NCBI GenBank assembly: GCA_018398765.1
Contig: JAHBMJ010000275.1
Span: 1-51,661, forward strand
Origin: Chromera velia
Taxonomy: Eukaryota
Direction: 5' to 3'
DNA length: 51,661 bases
A program made the translations under genes and the position numbers. Position 1 is the stretch's first letter. Every line of letters starts with the position of its first letter. The notes beneath the pieces are model-generated. The model did no database searches. It saw nothing but the letters and a program-made list of their open reading frames with translations, and was not told the DNA's origin. Positions 1-10,472 of the stretch are shown one piece after another.

Positions 1-3000
1 AAAGCCGATCTCTCAATGCTCCTTTCCCATACGACCCGTAATGCTGCACAGTCACTCGCCCTCTCTTCTCTTCCTTCACTTCCCCCAAGAATAACTGCTT
101 CGTCTTTTCATCCTTCCATATGATAAATTTCTTTCCGTCTGATCTCTTTCTTTTCTCCTTTTCTTTTTCTGCTGCCGAAGGTTCATTCTCCAACATCCTT
201 TCAGGTTTTTTCAGCTCCTGCTGCAATTCTTCAGGTATCGGTTGAATGGCTATCACAAAGAGATCCACCTCATAGGACTCATATCCCCTGTTTCTCTCTC
301 TGATGGGTCTGATTCAAAACAGAGTCGGGGAAATGACCTTCACAACCTCGCCTGGCTTCCATTCTTCCTCCACTTTCCCGTAGTGACGGAGAGGGTGTCA
401 GAAACGAACCATCTCTGATTCCTTAAACCTCCTTCCCTTGAACTCCTCATGACTCTTTCTCTTCTTTTCAACTCTAGTTGGGACTGGGCAAACCCCTGTC
501 ATCCTTTCATATGCAGACAAATACGCTTCTCTGGCTGCTGGCATGCGGTTGACAAGAGCCACTGCCATGGGAAGTACATCTTGCCAATTTTCTTCTGGAA
601 TGTCTCTCTCAAGACGGAGAAGTGTGATCTGTGTGTCCAGAATGTAATGGCGGTTCTCGAGGATCCCTATCAACTGCGGGTGACCCATCAGTGTCCACTC
701 ATGACTGATGCCCCTTATTCTGCACTGCAAATCAAACACCCCCTTGAAGTAACTTCCGTTATCTGTTCTAAAGCATGACTTTAGACCAACTGGGTAGCCA
801 AAAGGCATAATCCAGTGATCTCGTACTGCTTTCCATACTGTTGCTGCGTTTTCTCCTTCTACTGGCACCGCCACCAACCACCGAGTGCATTTATCGATGA
901 TGGTAACTATCGGAGTCCCTTCAATGAAGTGAAGGTCAACTGCAATCCTTTCGAATGGTCTCCCTCTCCTCAATCTTGCTGTCCATCCTCTCCACCTATG
1001 TGGAGCTCTTTTTACCTGAGCACATTCCTTGTAACCCTCTATCGTCTTTCTACATACCTCCCTCAACCGACTTCCTTTGATGTACTCTGAAAGCGATCGA
1101 CTGAGAGCTGCGCCTCCTAAATGCCCCATCTCCCTATGTGCTTTTTGGACAAGCTTCTCCAACTCCTTTCCTTCTACCCGCATCCTTTCTCTTTTGCATA
1201 AGCACGTGGGCCCTCCTGTCCCAGATACAGGTGCGTCGTCCCTGCTGTCTATCCCGGATCTCGTTCCCCCTCCCTCTTCTGGATTACATCCGTGTTCCCT
1301 GCAGACCCTGCCGTTCTCCACCCTAGACCCGGCAGCCGAAGCCTTCCCTTTCTTTCCCTTCTTTTTCCTCCTTTTTTCTTCCTTTTTTTTCCATCTTTCT
1401 CATTTCTTTCCTTCCATTTGTTCATTCTCTGACTGCCTTTCTACCTTTTCTATGTTATTTGAATCTGACTGAAGGCTGTCTTTTTGAACTTGCTAAAGTG
1501 ATTCCCTAGGCTCCGTTAAACTCTCTCCTCCTCTTTTGTCCTCAATCCTGTCTGCAGGTGTCAAAGAGGGATCATCGGCAAAAGAAGGGTCACAATGGTC
1601 GACCTGGCGGCTACTGCTACTGCTACTGTGACTACAGGGCCTGGGTGGAGGCTCCTGCGACGCTCGTTCCTTCTCTGCCAGACGCGGCGATCTCCTAACA
1701 CCCCCTTCATCTAGACTGTGGCCACTTATCGAGAAGTCAAGAGCGAAAAGATGTTTTGCGCGCCTCTTTTTCCATTCCTTTATCCTGGTGGCATGCTCCT
1801 TCAACTTTGTTTCGAAGGGCCGCCCTTTCAGCCTCCCAGTCTCTTTATCTAGAAACCAACCAGAGACTGTCTCCCAAAAAGTCACTCTCTTAGTCCTCCT
1901 TCTTTGAGAGCCCACAAACGCCTCATCTTTCATAATTCCTTCTCCCAGACTCTCTACAGACTGATGTGCCTGTGTTTCCTTTTGAACGCAACCTGCCCAA
2001 AGTTTTTTCCCACACGCACCGGTCTCCCGATGCCGCTCCTTCCATTCTCCAAAAATTACTTCACGTGGAACGACGACCTCTTCCCCTGTTGCTTTGTCAG
2101 TCAAACTTTGGATGTCTAGGCTGCTCCGCCCAAGCTTGCCAGAGACGGCAAGGGACGCTCTCCCCGGTCTGACCGGAAGAGTCAAGAGTCCACTGCCCTT
2201 CTCCTGCCATTTGATGGTGCATTTGCGCCCATCTGGAAGGCACAGTCTCATCTGTAGGGTCTCGTAATCCATTTTTACCCCCCATGCCTTCAGAAATTTC
2301 ATCCCGACCAGGGGAGAAACGATGATATCCGTATCTAGAACTACCATTCGTGAAGACAACAAGATACGATCGGTGAGGTGAAGGCCCCCCCCCCAAACCC
2401 CAACAATTCTAACCGTTCTGTTTGCTGTCCCGATTTTCGGCCCTCTGTCTTTGTCATGCTTCTGCAACCACCTGCCTAGGGTGGACAAAGGGAACAATTT
2501 CATGGCAAGTCTCAACCAACCCATCGACATCGTGATCACTCCAGTGCTTCCTGAATCTTTGACCACTCCAACCAGCTCAGACTCACCCAGAGGAACCATC
2601 CTTTTCTCCTCCGCCGTCTGTAGGGCTGTCTGTACGCTCTCACTGGTGACTCCCCAGAAAGCGTAGTCCTCTGCCAAGAAGTCTTCCCCCCTCTTCTCCC
2701 CTGTCGGTGTCTTTTGGATCTCATCTTCCTCTTCGTTCTTCCTTCGCTGTCTTTTCCCCCTTCTTGTCGTCTTTTTCCTTTTTTCTTTCTCTGCGTTGCT
2801 TGGTGAAGCCTTCTTGTCATTCTCTTCTCTTCCCACCACCTTCCTTTGCTTGTCTGTATATGTGCCTCTCCTCTCTGATGTGTCTCTACTTCTCTCATCT
2901 GTTTTTTTTGTCTGACTCTCTCTACCTTCGTGTCTTTCACTCACTTCCTCACTGTCCTCCTCGGTCTCTGTAAAAAGAACGGCAAAACTGCTTAGGGAAG

Positions 3001-3225
3001 AAAAACAGGGCCGAACCTTTTTCTCTTCTGACAGTCTACTCACCTTTCTCTTCGAGACAGGGATGCAAAAATCCTTCCAATATTTCTTGAACTTCTCATG
3101 CTTTTCTGTATCACTCTTCTGATCAAATTCAAACAGCCACATGACTTCCTCTGCGGATGGTTCTTCCATTTCTATGTCAGTGCTGATCTGCATGCAACTG
3201 CCTGTGTCCGTCAAAGTATAAAGAG
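1..3225 (-). pseudogene. pol-like ORF: retropepsin, then integrase (HHCC-like + DDE), then a C-terminal extension; in-frame stops only
   Basis: Retropepsin motifs VVKDSGS, IGTAN, LVGMKFLKAWG. Integrase motifs AHREMGHLG..C, PFERIAVDL, TDNGSYF, GILENRH, NWQDVLP. ORFs 1493..3250 and 398..1321 are in one frame, which continues to position 1. Confidence 0.8.
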
Positions 3226-3328
3226 CTACGCACGTGACCAGAGCAGACAAAAATTAGAAGAAAGGAGCAGGCGAAGAAAAGGAGGTTGAAAACCATAAGA
3301 GGAAAGACAGAGAGGCTGGCTTGCTCAC

Positions 3329-4622
3329 CATTGTTCTCGGTCCAGAAGTTCTTGCTCTACTGCTCGGGTTGGCGACTCCCCTGTTGGCGATTCCCTGCAT
3401 TTCCTCCTCCACGGTTGGAAGAGGGAGAGGAGTGCTGGCCGGCATTACCGTCGAAGCCCCTGTCCCCTCCTCCTCCGTACCTGCCGCCACCCCGTCCGTA
3501 CCCTCCTCTGCCACCTCTGTATCCTCCACGCCCTCTTCCTCTCCGTCCCCTGTTCCAACTCTGTTGCTGCTGCATCTGTTGATACTGAGGATACTGAGGC
3601 TGTTGCCTCTGCTGCTGTTGTTGCATTTGTTTCCACTCTTCTTAGAAAACCATGACATACCCTTCTTTGTTCCCCCTTTTCCCCTGATCTGGGAATGTGG
3701 ATATGAAGTACTTTGCAAATATCGTACGAAGAGCCTGCCACGACAGTGTCCTGTCTGCGATGTCTCTGTCTAACTCGACTGTAAGCATCTCTGACCCGCA
3801 GTTGTCCTTTAGAGTCATGTAAATCTTGGTGATGATAGACGGGCTGGTGGTGATATCATAGTAGACAACTTTGCCCCTCTCCCCTGATGGGCAGGACGCA
3901 TCGGTCTCAAAGGTACCGTCAGGCTTTCTTTCAGGCAAAGGCACCTGATCCAATTCGATCATCAACTTCTCCGCATCCCGGATCCAGTTGGCAAAAGGCA
4001 CATCACGAGGCCTCATGCGGTTGATGTAGGTGTACAAGGCGCTCTTCTTGGATCTGAAGATCTTCTACGGGTCCTTCGTGCCATGAGTCTCTAAGTAGGC
4101 AAGGAGACAGAAGGGGTCCTGCTTAAATTTCTTGCTGCTTTTGATTCCATCAAAGGCCGTGTCCATGGCAGAGAGTATGTTCTGAGCGATGGTGGTCAAG
4201 ATGTAGTTGTAAATCAACTTCCGAAAAAGTCGGCAGCCGCTGCTGCTCTTGTTCAGAAGGTTAGTGTCCAGACCCAGAATGTCCACCGCCATCTTCAGGA
4301 ACAGCATCAGCGACTTCAAGGTCAGTGGATCCTTTCCATCCACCTTTCTGCCTTGAAGTGTCTCGTTGTAGACGTGCTCAAGGGTTTTCTTCTTGTCCTC
4401 ATAGAGGGACTTGAAGATGGAGCTCTTTACCATCCGGTCACGGTGCTCAAAGGAGAGGTTCGCGACCTGCTGGTCAGTTGAGTCGTTGATCTGGGACTCG
4501 GGGTCGATAGCCTGCAGTTCCACCTTCTCGGTAAGGTGGATTTTGAGGCCGGGGAACATTGCCGCGACCTGATTCCCGAAGTCTGCATTGATATCTACCT
4601 GCTGAGGAGAGAAGAGAACCAT
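3329..4622 (-). pseudogene. gag-like ORF with three in-frame stops, ending in Gln-rich and RGG-rich tracts
   Basis: ORFs 4065..4622, 3642..4037 and 3357..3626 share one frame, separated only by TAG/TAA/TAG. It lies upstream of the protease. C-terminal RGRGRGGYRGGRGGYGRGGGRYGG. Confidence 0.6.
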
Positions 4623-4699
4623 TGTTAAGTTTAGATAGTCTGAGAAATCGAAGGACGGAAACGTTCAAGCTTGCACACGCACCACACATCTCAACGCAG

Positions 4700-5184
4700 A
4701 TATAGTTTGTTTTTAAAGAAGAAGACAACGAATGGAACAAAGACCCCACTTCCTTGTCACCATCTGATGAATCCCTAGCTTACCTAAGCTCAGAGATCCA
4801 CGCTTGTACATATACTTGTAAGTCTGGTCTTCCGGGAATGGTCTCGAGTTCATAGATCTCTCTAGTCCAGACCTTGATACACTCTCTCTATCTGTATTTG
4901 TAATTCTCGGTCGATCGGTCGATCGATCGCTCACGTGCACGTCTGCTCTGTCTGTATCTGTCATATTTCATGTAATACATTTGTCTGTATATCCCGTACA
5001 TGACATGCTCTTTGCTTTTCTGTCCACTCGCATTCAGTCTCTTTCAGTGCTGCATTCTCTGTATGCATGTTCACGTGTATGTTGCAATTTCCCGCATACA
5101 ACGCTTCATGCATGTATTGCTGATATGTACAATTCGCTCGACGGCCTAGGGTCTGGCACTTATATTGGGTTATAGGTTTCAACA
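4700..5184 (-). repeat. Putative 5' LTR / leader of the retroelement
   Basis: Non-coding region upstream of gag starting TGTTG at 5184, with an abrupt composition change beyond it. The inner boundary and the partner LTR are not visible. Confidence 0.4.
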
Positions 5185-6604
5185 CCCCCCGTACATAAGG
5201 GTATACCCCCCTGTAATGTTACTCTTACTTCAAAAGTGGTTCCAATCGATCAATCTCATCAGGTTATATCTAAAAATATTGAAAACATCTTCTGTTGATT
5301 GAGGTTACATAAGAAATTGATGAAAAACGATGTGTCCCTTTCATTTTATAGCCAAACCCCTTGTAACCTTGTAACCTTTAACCTAAAATGACCCTCTTCA
5401 AAAGTGATGTAACCTTCGTCTACATGCTTTTTAAAGTGTTTTTGAAGTAATTTGAAGAGTTTTTGAAAGTTGACTTTTTGGTTAGTCATGGACCTCAAAA
5501 CCTCCTGTAACCTTGTAACCTGTAACCTTGCAAGGGGACATATATAATAAGGGGTGTAACCTTATGTAACCACATAAGTTATACAGTAAAAGTGATTGAT
5601 TTTGAAGTAACTTAACATGCCGGACCTCCAGCTTATCTGAAAAGCTCATCCAAATGTTTTTTGGTTCATTTTTTATGTTATTTTTGCACTTGTAACCCTA
5701 TATGAGCCCAAGAGTGCCCCCCCCTAGTCGACGGCGCTCGATGGCGTGCGCGGATCAATTTAGACTGGTATGCTGCTACGCGTGCCGCGCCTGTTCTCTC
5801 TGACCCTTGATACCTCATCAAAATACTTCAGAGGGAACAGAAAGGATGGAGACGGACTCTTCTGTTTCTGTGTCCTTTTTTTCCCCCACGGGTAACGGGC
5901 CAGTGAGATTCCTTCTGTCACTTCATGTCAGTTAGAGGTCTGTCAGATGACCTCTAAAGAAAATCACCCGAGGTGGAACGGGAGGAGACGGAGAGAGAAA
6001 AAGATCAGAACTCCCAATCTCCTTTGATTCCCTATCTTTTCTGCCAAAGACGTACAAGCAAAGGTTTCTCTTTTAGTTCAGTTCCTGCAGTTCGGTCAGT
6101 TTAGTCAGTTCAGTTGGTTCGGTTGGTTCATCTCTGAGGCACGACTTGTTTTCCAGGGGAGTGAAATTGTAAGTAGTAAGCATAATAAAGAAATTCAAAA
6201 ACTTTAAGGGGAGAAAAAGGGAGAAGAACGGAGACGCCGTACGTAGCATGCATCCCGCTCGCAGACCTGCTTGTGAACCGTACGAGCACGAGCGCCCCAC
6301 GAGCCCCTCTGTACCCGTGCAGGCTCGAGCCCGTCACCTCCTACCGCCTTCCGCGCTTACGTGAGAGATGCCATCCGAGCCCTACAGCCTGGGCCTCATG
6401 GGGTTGTCCATCTTGTGTTTTCCCCCCATATGCTTTTCACTTACCCCCCGATTGATTCCGTTCCACCTTTGTTTATTCCTCAATCAATTAATCAATCAAT
6501 CGGATAAAACACACTCGGACAGACATAACGAAATATTCCCCTCAAAAACAAGTACGGTCGTCAAGAATGAATAACGACGGGGAAAGAGTGAGAGGAAGTG
6601 AGGG

Positions 6605-6628
6605 AAAAGAAAGAAAGAAAGAAAGAAA

Positions 6629-6661
<33 letters not shown>

Positions 6662-6690
6662 GAAGAAAGGAAGAAAGAAAGAAAGAAAAA

Positions 6691-6721
<31 letters not shown>

Positions 6722-6740
6722 GAAGAAAAGAGAAAGAAGA
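6605..6740. repeat. (GAAA)n microsatellite in the LINE 3' UTR
   Basis: Directly visible. Confidence 0.95.
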
Positions 6741-7735
6741 ACAGACTGAGGGAACACACACAGCTACTTACGAAGGCAATCGGAGATCGCCCGTGCACCT
6801 GCAACAGGGTGCTTTTCGAGGAGAAGTGTGAAGATCTCCCTCACTTTCTTCTCATTTTCGCTCACACCCCATCCCAACTGCTGCTTAGCCATTTGTTATG
6901 CCCATACGATCAAGTCCAACTTAGAGCAAGCGTCTCTTACTTCATCCAAAAGCCTATTCATGCGTTCCCTCTCCCCTTCGGTCCCTTTATATTCAGTCAA
7001 CTTATGGACAACATCATTCAGATGGCCATGCCCATGCAAATCGAGGGGGCAGTGCTTGCAGACCGTCTCTACCTCCCCGTTTGGAACTCCCCCCCCCCCC
7101 CNNNNNNNCCCCCCCCCCCAACAGTGCACGGGCAATCGGCCTGATGTTGGCCTCCGAACAGAGCAGCCTCCTAGAGAGAGGTCGAACCATAGGAACATGC
7201 CGCCCACTTAAGCCGGTCCATCTTCCCATGACAAGACGGGCCAAGCGCTGTGTAGACGGATGTTCAACTTGGAAAACTGAAGGCCTCACTCCGTTAGGGA
7301 AAACGGTGTTACCCCCTCCCGTCCTGCCTACCCTCCCCTGCCCTGCCGGCCCTCTTTTTGCAAAGAACGGGAGGTAGCTACAAACCAGTCGTCCAACCAT
7401 TCTTGTGTCTCCCTACCTCTCCCTTCTACCGCGAGCTTTCTTTTTAATGTAGCTTTCTCTCCTGGGCCCGAAGGCACCCCCTCGATAGAGAAGAGTTCAG
7501 AAGCGAAAGGTCCCACCAACAGCTTGACGGACTTCTACCAATCGCCATAAAGGCCGTCTTTGCAGAGATCTAAAAAGCCAGCGGGCATACAGTGGGATGT
7601 TAAGGAGAGGCTACGTAAAAACCCCCCCACTCTTTCAGTCAAGATAGCCCGTATCGGGCAAAAGCCGGAGATGAAGAGGGGGGGGACACGAAACGAATTG
7701 CGGGGAAAGCCGAAAACCCATCTAACAAAACGTAG

Positions 7736-9070
7736 TTACAAATCATCCAACGCTTTCATGTCTGCCTGACTGAGGGAAAACGCTTCTAGCCCGTAAAGGG
7801 CCACAGGAATCCACAGGCCCCGAAAGAGCATAATTTTCGAAGTCGAGGAGAGACGACCAAGAGAAACACAGAGCCCAATAACCCCCCCGAGTGCCCTCTC
7901 TGCCACTCCCAAGCGATGTCTCACAGAGGAACGGAGAGATCCACCTTCAAAAAAGGTGTAGCCTAAATATTTATACTGGCCCGTTCTCTCGACTTCCTTC
8001 CCTTCAAAGAAGATTGGCTGACTAATATTCTCCTTACTGCAGGAAAGCTTCATTACTTTTGTCTTTTTTAAATTGACCGTGAGGCCCCACGTCCGACAAT
8101 ATTCCGCCAATTTATTCATTCTCGCTTGAAGCTCATGTAAAGAACGACCAAACAGAACAAGGTCGTCAGCGTAACCGAGGCTTTTGAGAGGCTCAGGCCC
8201 CACACAGATCGTATCGTCCTGACTGACCCTGACTTTCCCTCTTTTTCTCTTCACCGCTACTTCGGTCTTCTTGTTCCCTTTCCCAATGCCACCCCCTCTC
8301 AACCTGCCTGCCCAAGGGTAGTCACGTGTTCTGCTTTCTATAGACCTCTCATCAGACACTGTTCTATCCTTCTCTGACTCTTCCCCCCCAAGCTCATCCT
8401 CTCGGTGAGCCGAGAGGCGGATGTGATGGTGCAAATTATTAATGAACAGAAAGAAGAGCAGGAAAGAGAGAGGGTCACCCTGTTTCACCCCCGCCCCTTC
8501 CTGTATCTCCCTATCTGCACCATCGACCCTCGCCCAGACATCAAAGTACATAGCATGCACCATCAAAACATCATATTCCGACACACCCTCCTCCCGAAGC
8601 CGTCTCAGCAACAGACTTCGAGGGACCTTATCAAACGCCTTAGAAAAGTCAACGAACGCAGCCAGAAGGGGGAGTTTCCGGGCTTTGGAGCTCGCTACGA
8701 GTCCCGCCAGCGCTGTAATGGCCTCCCTGGTCCCAACCCCCTTCCTGAACCCCAGCTGGCGGTTGTCTAATAAGGTCTGTTCTCTCAATCTCTCATCCAT
8801 CAAGAGGGCAAACAGTTTTGCAAGCAAATACATAATGTAGATAGGTCTCCATTCCGAGCAGTCAGGAGAGGGGAGGCCTTTCGGAACCGGAACTACACGG
8901 ATTAAATTCCAAAGAGACGGCCAATAGGAATAATGATGAAATAAATTAAAGAGGACAAAAAGAAGGAAATGAAAAAGGGGAGAGGAGCTGAAACACAGGT
9001 CAAGATGCCTTGGGGGAAACGCCCCCAATTCCATCAGCCTTACTCGTATCGATCGATCGGAGTGCACCAA
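7736..9070 (-). pseudogene. LINE reverse transcriptase domain
   Basis: Motifs VVPVPKG, WRPI, QLGFRKG, AAFVDFSKAFDKV, GVKQGDPLS, YADDLVL, GLTVNLKKTKVM, YKYLG. Confidence 0.93.
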
Positions 9071-9764
9071 TAATCCTTTTATAAGAGAAGGCCGGAGGAG
9101 GAGGGGGGGAAAAGAGAGAGAAACTTTTTAAGCAGAGGAAGCAACTGGAGGGGGACGGAGCCCTTCACCCTCAAATACAGAGGCCCAGAAATCGGTAAAA
9201 GCCATAGGGGTCGGTCTGTCTCCCCCACCTCTCGCACTGCTCGTCTCCCTCTTCCACCTCCAAATCGCCGAGGGGTCGGTCGCAGCCTCCCTTGCTCACC
9301 TCTCTGCTTACCTGTTAGTGTGTACAGTTTCTTTACGGGCAAACAGTCTCTTCCTTGTCCTGCGAAGGGATTCAAGCTTTCGCTTCACACTCTGGGTGGG
9401 ACCTCCCCGGTCACCTTCATCTGCCCTCCATATACCTCTCAGGTCCTTCCATTCTCTCTTGGCCTCTCTCACCTCCCTTTGTTTAGCCGAACATTCCTCA
9501 TCCCACCAGTCTGGCCGGGACAACTCCCATTGACTTATGTCCTTTCTTTCTTTCTTTCTTGTTTTCCTTTTTGCCTCCCATCCCTACCCCTTTGGAATTC
9601 CCACTGGCTAGGCATGTCTGCCAGGAGTCAGAAATCTGTTATAACTGCTCTGTCAGAGAGAAAGACACTGCATCTGATGGGGGCGGCTCGGGCGGAGGTT
9701 TTGGGGGATCGAAGAAGTGAAGAACAGCGTCTTCCCACTCCTGCGCTTGACGTAAACCCTCATC

Positions 9765-10472
9765 CTATAAGTCTAGCCCCCCATTCTCTGTGAACGCTTT
9801 CAGAGAGGGGGCCATCCCCATCAACTCATCGTCACAGACAGGGGTACATCTGCCTACTTCACCCAGATAAGAGAGAGGCCGGGAGAGGGACGAGTCAGAA
9901 ATACATTCATGCATAGACAAAGAGGGAGGAGAAGAGAAGTCAAGAGAAAGAGAGACAGCCGCATGCTGCTTTGCAACCTCCGGACATGACTCGACCATGT
10001 AAGAAGAGAGATAACAAAGAAGCAGAGGGTCAATCAAAGGAATGTCAATTACCGACTTAGACTTCCCACTCTTAAAGGTCCATGCCCTGGTCAGTCTGAC
10101 CTCCACCTCCCTTCTTTCATCCTTTAGGTGTAGACCGGCGGCTGGCAGGAAATTGGACTTCTTGCAAAGTAAGTGAAGGATCCAACGACCTGCTTCGTCA
10201 AGATTTGAACATAGAGACTTACGCGTGAATTCTAGTGAGTGTCCGTCTGCATTCTTATTCCCTTCATGCCCCGTCCCGGTTTCAGTGTCTATTTCCCTTT
10301 CCCACATGACCTCTTTTAGGCACTCGCTAGCCAGGTGTGCACTCAGGTCCCCCATCACTATTCGCAGATCTGACAGGGGGACAGCGCATAACACCTCCAA
10401 CAATTCTTCCCTCTCTTTATTTACCCGTTCTCTGGAGTCTCTATGGTCCGAATTGGCATGCAGAAGATACAC
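9765..10472 (-). pseudogene. LINE apurinic-like endonuclease domain (partial)
   Basis: IVMGDLSAH, WTFKSGKSKSVID and QHAAV match the APE motifs GDFNA, T..S.ID and SDH. Confidence 0.75.

Larger units (their letters stand above)
1..5184 (-). mobile_element. Degenerate LTR-type retrotransposon (gag, aspartic protease, integrase); 3' part lies outside the window
   Basis: Collinear minus-strand gag-like, retropepsin and rve-integrase coding segments. Candidate LTR start TGTTGAAA at 5184 on the minus strand. Confidence 0.8.

Noticed and set aside
3185..3225. Second DTGS motif at the start of pol (LTDTGSCMQIS) as an extra protease active site
   Set aside because: It lacks the downstream flap and LLG motifs that accompany the DSG site further on, so it is probably coincidental.
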